DNA from: Macrostomum lignano
Lineage: Eukaryota
DNA length: 44,492 nucleotides
Direction: 5' to 3'
Assembly (NCBI GenBank): GCA_002269645.1
Contig: NIVC01004486.1
Location: 1-44,492, forward strand
The position numbers were made by a program, and so were the translations under genes. A model generated the notes under the pieces. The model was not told where the DNA came from and did no database searches. It worked only from the letters and a program-made list of their open reading frames with translations. Positions 23,265 through 36,032 of this stretch are shown piece after piece. Numbering within the stretch: position 1 is the first letter of the stretch; the number at the start of each line of letters is the position of its first letter.

Positions 23265-24338
23265 CTCACCCTCCATCTCTTAATCTCCTTCCCGCTTCTG
23301 TCCCCCCTCTCTCACCCTCCATCTCTTAATCTCCTTCCCGCTTCTGTCCCCCTCTCTCACCCTCCATCTCTTAATCTCCTTCCCGCTTCTGTCCCCTCTC
23401 TCACCCTCCATCTCTTAATCTCCTTCCCGCTTCTGTCCCCCCTCTCTCACCCTCCATCTCTTAATCTCCTTCCCGCTTCTGTCCCCCTCTCTCACCCTCC
23501 ATCTCTTAATCTCCTTCCCGCTTCTGTCCCCCTCTCTCACCCTCCATCTCTTAATCTCCTTCCCGCTTCTGTCCCCTCTCTCACCCTCCATCTCTTAATC
23601 TCCTTCCCGCTTCTGTCCCCCTCTCTCACCCTCCATCTCTTAATCTCCTTCCCGCTTCTGTCCCAACTCTCTCCCACTCCATCTCTAAATCTCCTTCCCG
23701 CTTCTGTCCCCCCTCTCTCACCCTCCATCTCTTAATCTCCTTCCCGCTTCTGTCCCCCTCTCTCACCCTCCATCTCTTAATCTCCTTCCCGCTTCTGTCC
23801 CCCTCTCTCACCCTCCATCTCTTAATCTCCTTCCCGCTTCTGTCCCCTCTCTCACCCTCCATCTCTTAATCTCCTTCCCGCTTCTTCCCCCTCTCTCACC
23901 CTCCATCTCTTAATCTCCTTCCCGCTTCTGCCCCCTCTCTCACCCTCCATCTCTTAATCTCCTTCCCGCTTCTGTCCCCCTCTCTCACCCTCCATCTCTT
24001 AATCTCCTTCCCGCTTCTGTCCCAACTCTCTCCCACTCCATCTCTTAATCTCCTTCCCGCTTCTGTCCCCCTCTCTCACCCTCCATCTCTTAATCTCCTT
24101 CCCGCTTCTGCCCCCCTCTCTCACCCTCCATCTCTTAATCTCCTTCCCGCTTCTGTCCCCCCTCTCTCACCCTCCATCTCTTAATCTCCTTCCCGCTTCT
24201 GTCCCCCTCTCTCACCCTCCATCTCTTAATCTTCTTCCCGCTTCTGTCCCCCTCTCTCACCCTCCATCTCTTAATCTCCTTTCCGCTTCTGTCCCCCCTC
24301 TCTCACCCTCCATCTCTTAATCTCCTTCCCGCTTCTGT
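23265..24338. repeat. About 45-bp pyrimidine-rich minisatellite, about 24 copies
   Basis: Unit TAATCTCCTTCCCGCTTCTGTC(C)nTCTCTCACCCTCCATCTCT. Confidence 0.98.
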
Positions 24339-25089
24339 TACTCGAAACTTCGCAATTTCGAAACTTCACAAGCTCGAAAATGTAAAAAATGTTTAGTGTG
24401 AAGTGTTTTTTAATCTAAAGAGTGACAAAACTGCATTGAAAATTCGTTCGATACCCCATCAGAAACATGGTCAAACTATCGATCCTCCAGGCAGACGTTG
24501 TGGGCTTGAGTCTGAGATGGAAATTTCTTTGAGCCCGAGCCCTCTCTGCCGGCAATCCACAGCACAGAAACTGGGGCGGGGGCAGGGAAACAAGAAAATA
24601 AAAGCAACATCTGGAGCAGTTTCAGATTTTCAGACAGATAGCTTGGCTAGCCTGGCAAAGCGACCTTGGGGTAAGATGGTTACAGAATCGCCGAATAAGA
24701 GAATGTCAGCGGAAACATTCTCTTTGAATGATTTGAAGGATAAGCAGTTGTTGTAATTAGCTCGTAATTAATCATTTCTATTAAAGAGTTTTAAATCACC
24801 CAAGGGCCGGATAAAGAGGCTTCGAGAGCCGGGGGTTGCCGAACCCTGATTCAGGTGTATGATGATGAAACACGCGCATCTGGGACAGCTGCTGAAATGG
24901 AGGCAGAGAGCTGTGAAACGGATCAAATTCTACAAGTCTCTGACGCGGACCAGTAAAGTGCGGTTCACTGCAGACTGATCCTCCTCTGTTTACGCACGAG
25001 CTAGCGGTGCCGGTGCACTTCTGGCACCGACTGCTGGCTTGCGGCGTGCGTATGCCGCACGGAGGCCTCAGCATATTTCCATCACAAAG

Positions 25090-25457
25090 TCTTTCCATCA
25101 CCCAGTCTCTCCATAACTCAATGTCTCCATCACCCAGTCTCTCCATCACCCAGTCTCTCCATCACCCAGTCTCTCCATCACCCAGTCCCTCCATCACCCA
25201 GTCTCTCCATCACCCAGTCCCTCCATCACCCAGTCTTTCCATCACCCAGTCTCTCTATCCCACTGTCTCTCCATCACTCAGTCTCTCCATCACCCAGTCT
25301 CTCCATCACCCAGTCTCTCCATCACCCTGTCTCTCCATCACCCAGTCTCTCCATCACCCAGTCTCTCCATCACTCAGTCTCTCCATCACTCAATGTCTCC
25401 ATCAACCAGTCTCTCATTTACTCAGTGTCTCCATCACCCAGTCTCTCCATCACTCAG
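25090..25457. repeat. Degenerate 16-bp minisatellite
   Basis: Unit TCTCTCCATCACCCAG, about 20 copies. Confidence 0.93.
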
Positions 25458-27109
25458 CCAGATTTGCACCTGTGTTTTAAAGAAGATATTATAGCTCGCA
25501 CAACCTTAAAATAAAAATGCACGCCTCCTGCGTTAAATGCACACAGATTTATTTGTTGAAATACACAATGATTACCATGGTTTGGCCATAGACTATGTTG
25601 GTAAATGCACACTTAGTCGTGTTATAATGCAGTCACAAGCAGAGTTATGAGATGAGGTGCATGCATTGAGAAAATCTGTTAGCAAAATCCCTTGCATCCT
25701 TGCAGCGCCGTCAAAGCTGATACTTTCTGAAGAATCGGATCAACTGCTTGAGAAGGGGAGGGGGCAGATAAGGGAACAGAAGATTATAAGCTCCACCCAA
25801 CTTAGCTCCCTGACTAGAAGTTCTGAGAGATTTTCTCCCCGGATCAAATAAAGATTGTCATAAGCTGTTCCCCAGCTTCCACCCGATGTCTGATTCATCA
25901 AGTTTTTTAGGGGAAGAAAAACGGGAATGGGGATCTGAGCTCCCCGGCTCAAGCTGAGTTGCCATGGGGGCCTAGCAGCAGTATTGCATATAAATTTTAT
26001 GAGAATAGCATCAATAATAAAACAATATTTCTACTAATAATAGAACCGCGTTGCCTGAATCTCGATAGGCCATCTGCTCGTCCTCGCGGGAAGCAGGAGA
26101 CACCCACCGAGTGACAGAAAATCACCAACCCTTTAAGTCTCTCACCGACTTAGCATCCAGTTATTCGCCATCCTAGTTGCTCTTTTCTAGCTCGCTTCCA
26201 ATCTTGCAGCCCCCCCCCCGACCATGATGCAGCGCTCAACAGTCAGTCGCAAAAGCTTAGTTTCACTTGTTGATCTATTCTTTATCACTTTTTGTGCTGA
26301 GTCATGCAGTCCTGGGCGAAACCGCTGACGCGTGATTGTCCGGGCCTCGTTCTGATTGGATGGAGACTTCTGGTCGTCAAATAAACCTAATTTAGTTGGC
26401 TTTATGAGCAGCAGCTCGTCTGCCTTCTAAAGACGGAAACAGATTCTGTCAGCGAAACGAATCTTATTATATTGCCCTTTGTCAGCCAAGTTGACAGGAA
26501 TTCCCGTTTGGCAGCAGTAGATTTGGTCTCGTCCATAGACATTGACATAGACGGAAAAAGGCAAAAATTCACCGAAAGGAGAGAGGACCGGTTACAGAGG
26601 AAAGAGAGACACAAGCGGGACGTGAAAAAAAACGGACGTGGTTTACCGGAGTTTGGGCCATAGACAACAAAGTCTGCGGGCACTGGTAAGCCTGACTTAA
26701 GTGTCACTTACGAAAAATCATCCAATGGAAGGTTATAATCTACTACTTACTTACTATAATCTATATATAAGGTAATATCCTCATTGTCTAACTTCAGTGG
26801 ATGGCCATAGACAAAAGATAAGCCATAGACTAGATTGAAACAGGCAGGGAGTTAATCGGGTTAAGAGAAGAGAAGAGAGGAAACATTGACTACATATAGG
26901 CTACATGAGCTTGACCATGAAGGAGGACGAGAAATATTATTTGATCAACTGGGCAAATCTACCTGTCAAAAGCTTAGCCAACGTAACTAGCAGCGAACTC
27001 AATTGGATCTCGTGAGTCTCTTCATCCGAGAAGGACATAAAGGACAATGAAGATTTTTTTACTTTTCTATCTTGCACTTTCTTAGAGAAAAGTGATACTG
27101 CCGAGGATT

Positions 27110-27591
27110 GTCGGAGGCACCAGGCGATTTTTTTCAAAGCAGAAAGAAGCGAGGAATCAACTACCTCGTACTTAAGGACCTTCAAGAAGGCGCTGAGTAA
27201 AGAAGTGCAGCTGCCAAAGGAATACACAAATCAGCATCCGCGGTGAGTTAGTGGGTCGATGAAAGTATATGTGACTTTTCCGATGTGCTTGTTTGTATGA
27301 TTGAAAATAATTTGAATTTCCCTGGTCTTGTTTCCTGCTCCGTTCTAGACTAGAGTTAGCAGAGTGTGCGACCTGGAATCGGAAGGGCATTCAATGAGCG
27401 AGATAATGGCTATTACGGGTCAAGAGTCCGAGAGCACCGTCCGGCGCTACCTGGCGATGAAACGGGACAAGTCCTTGCAAAAAGTGTCGCTTGCTCTGAA
27501 CATAGGAGAAAACGTATCGACCCAAGGTCATGTAACAATGCCTGCCGACATCAGCATCCAGAGCTCCATCGCGCAAGAAGCGGTGATATAA
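27110..27591 (+). pseudogene. Crypton-like tyrosine recombinase relic (catalytic C-terminus)
   Basis: RGINYL...KALSKEVQLPKEYTN(H)SIR across frameshifts (27150-27242), a GT-AG intron-like gap from 27243, then EGHSMSEIMAITGQESESTVRRY; matches the G.N.L...YTNHSxR...IM..TGH.S....Y pattern. Confidence 0.6.
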
Positions 27592-28475
27592 TGTGCCCGA
27601 TGGTCGGGAGATTAACGGCCGGAGTATCTTCATAATAAAAAAATTGTACTCTCAACAATTGCCAACTGTAATGGAAGATGGTACTGTGACAATTCTGCCG
27701 TACTTATGGAGACTAATTTTCACCATTAATACGAGTATATTATTGCGTTTATTCTTTCTTGTTGGCGTTGTTTCAAAAAAGAATTACACCATTTTTCTGT
27801 TTTAAAAATAACCCATTGTTATCCAGAGGTTTCAAGTAAAGAAATATATTAATTGTGTGGATCAGGTTTTACCATAGACACTTTCATTATCAGAAAGGCT
27901 GATTTTTAACAATGATCTTAAAAAATCAATAACATCTCTATGAGAGAGGTTGCTTCTGACATCATTCTTCGTGCTGATGTCTATGGCCGAATTCTCAGCT
28001 TGGGTTGTCTTTTTGCGTCTGTGTCTATTGGCAAGACCAAATCTACAGCTGTCACATGGGAAGTCTCAACTTGGTTGGCTCAACTATCAACTTGCCTGGC
28101 AAAAGCAATGCATTGGAAAATCGGATTGCGTCATTAGCTCGTAAAATGATGTCGATGATTGAACTCCCTCCCGCAGGCCTGTCGTCCATCTCTGTCTGTG
28201 TTTTTCGGCTGACTTGCGCGAACTGCTCTACAGATAGAAGAAAATAATGAGAATAATGAGCATGGAGCAGCAGGTTCATTAATGATAAAGAATGTAACAT
28301 ATAACAGGCTTGTAGCAGGCTGACCCCTACAGCAATCCGACGTGTATCTATCGAAGTCGCTGACGAATCTGTACTTTTACATTAGGCCGCATCGTCTGCT
28401 CCGAGCCGCCTTCAAGATCGCCGGTGAGCAGCAAGTCACCAACACGGCACTGTATCGTGGACTACGTGGACCAAG

Positions 28476-28871
28476 GACTACTTAATTAGAAGGACGGGAA
28501 ACCCCATTTCTTGGAAAATGTTAGAGGCAGGTTTTCCGGAAAAAATACACTACGGAGATAGGAAGTTTTCATTCTTCAGCACAAAAATTGTTATTGTTTT
28601 CGATAGGAGGCAGACCAAATGCCCATCTTTTGATATGTTGTGCCTTTCTTATAGCTCCATTGATATTCATAAAGCTTTTCGTTTAGAAAATTAGGGTTTT
28701 ATGTTAATTTTTCTTCTACGTACACTCACACATGTCCTGTGCCTAAAAACCCATTTAAATGGCACGGCTATTCCTATAGATTCCTATCTCCGTAGTGTAT
28801 TATTTTCGGAAACACCAGCCTCCTTAAAATTTTCCTAGTAACGAGGTTTCCGTCTTTCTACTTGAGTAGTC
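28476..28871. mobile_element. Foldback/MITE-like element with about 90-bp imperfect inverted arms
   Basis: Arms 28476-28564 and 28781-28871; perfect 20-bp core ATACACTACGGAGATAGGAA / TTCCTATCTCCGTAGTGTAT. Confidence 0.75.
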
Positions 28872-30920
28872 TTTGTTATAACCAACGGCTGTATTTCGAC
28901 AGCTTATTTAAATGTTTCTTGAAATTTTATTTACCAATAGCTTGATCAGTCTCTTTTCGAAAACAAACTTTCGAACTAATGAAACTTGGAGCTGATGAAG
29001 CTTTGAGTTTGGAAGACTCGAAGATTCAAAGACGCCACATACTGCGATACGAAATTGCTAATTCCAGGATGTCGAGCAGAGTTCCTGGGCGCCATGTCCG
29101 GAGCGGCATGGACCTGCACGACTGAGCAGCAGCGAGGCTAATAATGCAAGAGTTGAGTAATTGGATTGCCTAACTACGAGCTACGGGCTTTCCGGCAACA
29201 AGAATTTTTGTCGATCACTGATGCGAGAAATAAGCCGGGGAATATCATCCAACTGATGGGTGCGGAGTCAAGCAGCCATGCATGGGACCTTGTTCCGAGG
29301 CCTTTCCAGGCCATCGTTCTGCATGAATTAAAGGACGAATTAAAAATGAAAGGACGGGAAACTTAGTTTCTTAGAATATGTTACATAATTGTCTTTTAAG
29401 ACAATATATAGCCATTGATTTCTGATCGAATTGCAGATCAAAGGCTCATATTTTTGCATGACTTGCCACCGGTCACAGTCACGCAACAAATGCTTTTAAA
29501 GTAAGAAAGTCAATACACTGTATGTAATAAGGAACTTTTTCGCAATTTAAACAACTGACAAAACTTGTTCAAAGATCAATGGAGCAACGAATCAGGCAAT
29601 GTATAAGCATTCGACCTGCTTCCCATAAAACAATCACAATTTGAAAAATGAAAATTTTAATTCTCATTAGTGTAATTTAGGGAAAGCCCAGACTCGGCAT
29701 TCGACTTTTCTACATTTAGTTTCTTAGAAACCCTTTTTCCGTGTCAGTCCAGGCTTGCATGCCAACATGAAGCTTCTATATTTGGCTATTTTATTTCAAG
29801 ACTTATTAGTTATTACGTAACACAGTAATTGAAAAGTGGTTAGCTTACTGTACGCCGTACTTGTTTGGGGGCAGTGATAGCGGAAGAATAAATAAATGTA
29901 AGAGAGTTGGAAACCCTGGAGATTACGCCGGGTTAGCGTTTGTACTTTTTTATCTGACGCTCGATGAGAAACAGCTCTCCCATGTAAGGTGAGTTCCGTT
30001 GTAAGCTTATTGCAGTTTTTTATCAGCGCAACGAATCCACAATATTGAACAGATACATGCGAAAAGCTGCAATCAATCCTGCTATAATGCTGGGAAAGGT
30101 AAAACGAAGCAGCCTTAGCCGTGTAGATGCAGGGAGTTGCAAATGCTGAGTAAATCTGATGCAGTGGTTGCTTGTTTAACCAGCTTCAGTTTCTCTCGGG
30201 TCGTGCAAACCTGTGCGGTGAAGACGGGATTCAACAAAACAAGAGTAATGAAGACGGGCATCCCATTGACGAGTTGGACATGGCAGTCTGTCATGTCAAC
30301 TGCTCCCCAGCACTGTACGATGTATGTATTTATTGGATTTGAAGAACAAACTATCTGACAGTTACAAATGTAGCTGCTATTCAGTTAATAAGCTGTCAAG
30401 AAAAACCCAGTACAGTGTAGCATCCTTCCAGTTAAGTACGCTGTCCATGACTAGAAATTCGGGCAGGATTTTACTCAGACTTGTCTGGGATATTAGCGAT
30501 GATAACCGGAAGTTCTATCAGAGTTGATGCGGAATTAATTATGTGCTGGCATTATTTGGTTGCTTAGAATTCAATGATTTATAATTTTACTCTTGTAGAA
30601 ATGTGAACCAAACAACAGTTTTAAGAAATCGTTGAATGCTCAGCGTCGCTCTGAGCTCCTTGCGAGAAAAATCTCGAATTCGATTCTGTCTTCCCAATAG
30701 GCTTATACTATGGGAAATCTCCCGATCCTCAAGTTAATTATAAAATGGCCAACTCACTTCAACTCGGAGTGACCGAAATCCAAATCCGCTGAAAAAATCC
30801 TAGCAGGGGATAATATAAGCACGAGTAGATAAAATAGATACGAAATCGATAGGAATCCAAAGGACAGTAAAATCTGTAATGAGTACGAATTCCCAGTGGC
30901 AATGCGCCAACACTAATCTA

Positions 30921-31229
30921 GGTTGTAGCCCAGTGGTCAGAGCGTCAGACTCACGACTTGAAGGTCGGGGGTTCGATTCCCCACCCCACTGGAACAATTT
31001 GTGTCCTTGAGCAAGACACTTAACTCTGCATTGCCTCAGTTCACTCAGCTGTAAAATGGGTGCCCGCATTAGCTGGGGTAATTGAGGGTGTGTGTGGCGA
31101 CCCCCCCCCCCCTTCAATCCTTGGACTGAACAGCCGTACGCAGGCTTCAGATGCGCCGCGCAATAGCTGCGGCTGAGCTGTCGGTTGCACATCTGTCTAT
31201 TAGGGCAGGTGTGATCAATTATTATTATT
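30921..31229 (+). mobile_element. tRNA-derived CORE-type SINE
   Basis: A box TAGCCCAGTGG, B box GGTTCGATTCC, then TGTGTCCTTGAGCAAGACACTTAAC...GCCTCAGTT...CTGTAAAATGGG resembling the MIR CORE domain; (ATT)n tail. Confidence 0.82.
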
Positions 31230-32476
31230 AAGCTATTGTGGCTGTCCGAGGTCCGAGGGTACCTGCAGTTGAGGCTTTTCGGTGCTAGGGGTGCCAGTGT
31301 TAGTGATTATTTAGTGTCCGAAAGAGAGATAAAGACTCCTGGATTACTCTAACTGATTCATTTCAAGCTGACAAGGAAAATTAATAAAATACAATAGAAC
31401 ATCAGGGATGTCACGTATAGCATTGATTTATAGTACACGAGCACTCTTGCGCTGAACCCCCTGTCTCCATCTCAGAGCAGAGTTTAGTTGCTAAACCATG
31501 CACCCAAGCGTCTCTTTGGCGCCTAGTCTAATTGAGTAAGTGAAGCCATGCATTTACTCTTTCTAGTTGCAGGTGTTTCGCAACTCTCTTGATGCTCTCC
31601 TCTCCTATGCTTCATTCCCGCCATGTATTCCCGCCCCCAGGGGTCAACACCCGAAGCACGATTGGAAAGTCAGGGACGCTGCTGGGATTCAGAACAACAA
31701 TCTGCCTGACTCAGATTGAGACTACTCACTGACTGACTTAAGGCAAAAGTGCACAATTGAGCAGCTCAACTGCTGTCAGTACCAGAAGAACGGAGAAAAA
31801 CGGAAAATAAAGAACTGAACTGAAAACCATTGACCATCTGGTTGGGGAGACAGACAGCACTCTATACTCCAACGGGAACTCAAATTGGCTGAATGCATGG
31901 CCCAATAGTCACCTGGCTCACACTGCCCGGATATTTACCCAAAATTTAGTCCCTAAAATGTTTGCCCGCATTATCTCCTCGCCATCTCGCCTCTCCAATA
32001 TTTGAACAAATGTTTGAACGCCAAGCATAGATAAGAAAGTTCAAGTTTCCGGGTACATAATTCATGCTGTAAGCAGCTAAAGAGTACACAGAACCTCCAT
32101 TTTTGCAGAAGCGCTAGAAAGGCAAGGTCTTGAACTCCCTCGGGTCTCCGATCAGGACCGCACCGAACATCTGCCTAGAAATGTACTTTCACCTTGTTTA
32201 TCCATCAACAGCAAAAAAGACAATTCAAAGAGAGTTTAAGTAGAATTCATTTCGATATATTCCCAAAGAGACAATTGTTTTCTGTATTTTGAAATATGAA
32301 CAGCCAGTGGACAACGGCTAGGCAGTACAAAAGCACAATCTCCACAATTCCAACTTGCTTGCTCAAATAGAACACGAATGGTTTGGTTAAGACTGCAAGC
32401 ATGGCAACTGCAAAGCTGGACTGCCAGAGACAAAATGTCATGCTTTCTTTGTGACGTAAAAACTCGATATACAGTT

Positions 32477-32608
32477 TATTGCAGTCCCGACTGCCGTTAT
32501 TGCAATCCCAATTGCCGTTATTGAAGTCCCGACTGCCGTTATTGCAATCCCAATTGCCGTTATTGAAATCCCGATTGCCGTTATTGCAGTCCCAATCGCC
32601 TCTATTGA
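32477..32608. repeat. 21-bp tandem repeat, about 6 copies
   Basis: TTATTG(C/A)A(G/A)TCCC(G/A)A(C/T)TGCCG. Confidence 0.9.
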
Positions 32609-32710
32609 TTTCCATTAATTCCCATTATACCTAAATATATACGAAATGCCACTCGAACTAGCAGTCAAAAGTACTCAAAACGGCCTCAAATACAAAGGAA
32701 ACAGTACTTG

Positions 32711-33133
32711 CTACACAAACTTGGTGGCAATGGCCAATAGCTTAGTATAGTCTAGTTTGGGATTGCGATTAGCCCGAAGGAAGCTGGGCACAGGCGCCAG
32801 AATCCGGTTGCCAAGCGGCTGGCCTTCATCGTTCAGCAGCACCAGATTGTTGCTATCAAACTGCGGCCTGAGGGGACCTTCGGGTCGGCGGGCTCCGACA
32901 ATGAAGCCGCGCCGCTTCTGGCCAAGAATGGCCACCATGACCATGTCGCCCGTGGCTGCCTTCAGCTTCTTGCCGTAGACGTGCATCACTCTGGGCGGCT
33001 TGCCTGCCTCCATGGCCCGGCGGCCCAGTTCGCTGTTGTCCACGACACGGAGTCGGGTGCGCCGCTGAATGTAGTCAAGGCGCGGCGTTGTGCTGCGGGG
33101 GGACAAGAAAAATGTACATGTAGCTCTGACCAA
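32711..33133 (-). CDS. mrpL14: Mitochondrial ribosomal protein uL14m (main exon; true ATG probably in an upstream exon)
   Basis: RLRVVDNS..PPRVMHVY..GDMVMVAILGQKRRGFIVG..FDSNNLVL..G.RI..PVP..LLAIATKFV matches recalled metazoan MRPL14; ORF start is TTG. Confidence 0.92.
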   Translation of the reverse strand: MVRATCTFFLSPRSTTPRLDYIQRRTRLRVVDNSELGRRAMEAGKPPRVMHVYGKKLKAATGDMVMVAILGQKRRGFIVGARRPEGPLRPQFDSNNLVLLNDEGQPLGNRILAPVPSFLRANRNPKLDYTKLLAIATKFV

Positions 33134-33604
33134 TTAACAGGCTTGTTCCATCCTGACCAATCGGCAATCAGTAGGTCTGTTCCCTCCTGACCAATCAGCA
33201 ATCGGCAGGTCTGTTCCCTCCTGACCAATCAGCAATCGGCAGGTCTGTTTCCTCCTGACCAATCAGCAATCAGTAGGTCTGTTCCCTCCTGACCAATCAG
33301 CAATCAGTAGGTCTGTTCCCTCCTGACCAATCAGCAATCAGTAGGTCTGTTCCTTCATGACCAATCAGCAATCGGCAGGTCTGTTTCCTCCTGACCAATC
33401 AGCAATCAGTAGGTATGTTCCCTACTGACCAATCAGGAACCAGCAGTTCTGCTCCCTCCTGACCAATCAGCAATCAGCAGGTCTGTTCCTCCTGACCAAT
33501 CAGCAATCAGTAGGTCTGTTCCCTACTGACCAATCAGGAACTAGCAGTTCTGCTCCCTCCTGACCAATCAGCAATCAGTTGGTTTGTTCCATCCTGACCA
33601 ATCA
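33127..33604. repeat. 34-bp tandem array, each unit with a CCAAT box (15 TGACCAAT sites)
   Basis: Unit CTGACCAATCAGCAATC(A/G)G(T/C)AGGTCTGTTCCCTC; TGACCAAT at 33127, 33154, then every 33-34 bp to 33595. Confidence 0.95.
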
Positions 33605-36032
33605 CGCAAAAACTAGACCAGAGGGTAAGATCTGAAACGAATCAGCTAATCTGAGCTAATCTGAGTTAAGGTAATCCGAAACGAGTAATGGTTTTGATTG
33701 TTTTTATAAAAACATTTATCCAGCTTTCAGAACAATTTTCACTAAGCTCGAGTGGAGCATCCTACCCTTTCTAAGAAGTCCTTGGTTGAAATAATCGCAG
33801 ACTGAGAAGTTAAGACAACTGAGGGTAGGGCAGCACAGCATGGAACTGGTAGAAATCCAGACATGAATAAAACTCTCCTAACATACGGGCGAAAGTAAAT
33901 GCAGTCGAATGCAAGCAAAACTACTTAAGTAGATTAAAAATTCTACATCGGAGCCGGTAAGAGACGCCGCACCGGCAGAACAACCCCAGTGCAGCTTATT
34001 GAAAATGCATGGGACGGAGGCTCAGACTTAATACACTTATTACATTAAAAGAAAGCAACCACGTCTGATAGCTGATTTGATTAATTAATCCATATCTAAT
34101 CAATGCAGCTGAGGTGGCCCCAAGTAACATCTGTGCCGCCCTGTCCCAACGCGCCGCCCACAGATCCCACCCACGTTTGCCATTTCAGACAGTTGTTTTA
34201 ATTTAAACAAAAACGTCGGAAGTTTCTCGTCATTTTTCTTTAAAAAAGAATCACTAAAATATTGAAACGCTTTGCATCGGCCAGAAATATTGATTAAGTT
34301 TGCACAAAACCAAAATCAAACTGAAACTCTGCACGTGTATAGGGAATTCGAGATGATAAAAGGCGACAGACGGGCGGGAAAAGCAAATAGGAAACAAAAA
34401 GTGTAAACCCAAATCCGAGCAGTACTTAGCATCTCGCACAGAGTTTGTTGGAGCGAAAACAAGAAAAAGAGAGTTAAAGAAGAGATGCAGTTGAGCTTGG
34501 GCTTCTGGATTCTCTTCTCAGATTCAATTAATAGGGGGGGGGTCACTTCAGTAGCCAGTCAGGCAGACATCCCGTCCGTTCGGCCTTCGTAGTCCCCCTT
34601 CTTTCTAGAAGAATCTTATACACCCCAACTTTGCCAATTAGTTAAACTAGTTATACTTACAACTTAAACTAATAATAATAATAATAATAGTAATCGCTGC
34701 GACAGCAATAGTAAGAATACGGAGCATAATATAATAAAATTGTGACCCTACTCAACCCCATGGGGAGAGCCAACAGGCAAATTCCATTAGCAATGCCAGT
34801 ACACTACATGTAAACCAAATATTTGAGAATCAAAGAGAAACTGCACACAGCAGGGAGGGAGGAGGACATTGATTTACGCGGAGCAAGGCTTGTGTTTACA
34901 AGGCTTCCTCGCTGGTCTGCCATTTATTCGTTCAGTCGTCATTCATTCGCTCATTCGTCTGTCAATGTTTCGGCGCTAACCTGTCAGTCTTCACTCTTCA
35001 AACGAAGGTCGGTTGCTGGGCCCGAATTCAAGGCCTATTTAGCAAATCGCTTGATTGCTTGCTCACAGAAGGAAGGTTTTTTGTTTTCGTCCCGGCTTTC
35101 ATCGGAAATGCTAGGTAGACAATTTTTAAAAAGAAGGGATGTGGCTCGAACCAGATTTTGGATGAAGCAACGTGTCCATATGTTTGAACTAAAGATTCAA
35201 GGTCTCCTTGAGCTGGGTCTCTGAGATCCAGGCTTATTACACCAATTGCAGGACACACAGAGAGATTAATAATTGTTAAGGAGAAGAATCTGGTAGATAA
35301 GAATGCGACAAGCTATAGGGATAAGCAATAGAAAAGTTGTGCACTACGCTCGTAAATTCGCTCTCTATTTTGTGCAGCCAGTGGAGGCAATTTTACCAGC
35401 AGCAATCCTAACACGACACAGATATAGGTAGAGGCAATCTGCTACTTAGGAGCGCAAAATGTAAGCGGTAAAGTTCGATGAGGAAACGATGTCAAGTGAA
35501 TGATTGACAGCAGCACGGAACGTATATTTTCAAGCGAATTCATCCAGCAATGGAGGGGGTGGGACTAAAAGCTGCTGGCAGATAAGCGCGAGATTAAACA
35601 TTAAAAGCAAGGGCAAGAAAAAACAAGCACAGGAACGGAACGAACACGCAGCGGCTCGATGGGCTTAAAATCAATTGCTGCAAACTTATTACTGACTTCC
35701 GCTAACGAATGTCAGACAAAATCTCACAGCTTGGCAAGGTAGGCGGCCAAATTGATTAGTAGCTACAGTACCATAGATAGCTAAAGCTGTATATATAGAC
35801 CCCTTAGCAATTGGGTCCCATCGGTGCAATTATGAATACTCATAATTGAAGAGCATGCAGCTGTGCAGATACATATTTTCCATCGACACTGGGTTTCAAA
35901 TCTTTTAAGAAACTGACAAGTTTAATTTTGCAATTTTTATTATGAATTTTTCTCGCGTTATTGCTTGTCATTCGGGTCTACGACATTTGACTGACTGCCT
36001 TTTGACTGTGTACATGTCTTGGGGGTGGGGGG

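Noticed and set aside
23537-25480. Repetitive ORFs (GDRSGKEIKRWRVRE; SITQSLHHPVSP)
   Set aside because: Translations of minisatellites
29166-30527. Short ORFs in AT-rich intergenic DNA
   Set aside because: No motifs or coding bias that I could recognise
30921-30995. Functional tRNA gene
   Set aside because: Anticodon and acceptor stems pair poorly and it continues into a CORE domain and tail, so it is a SINE head
32247-32615. ORF with NNGNWDC heptad repeats
   Set aside because: Product of a 21-bp tandem repeat downstream of mrpL14; non-ATG start and no recognisable domain
34823-35258. 133-aa and 76-aa ORFs near the element boundary
   Set aside because: Non-ATG or short, no recognisable motifs; cannot support a gene call
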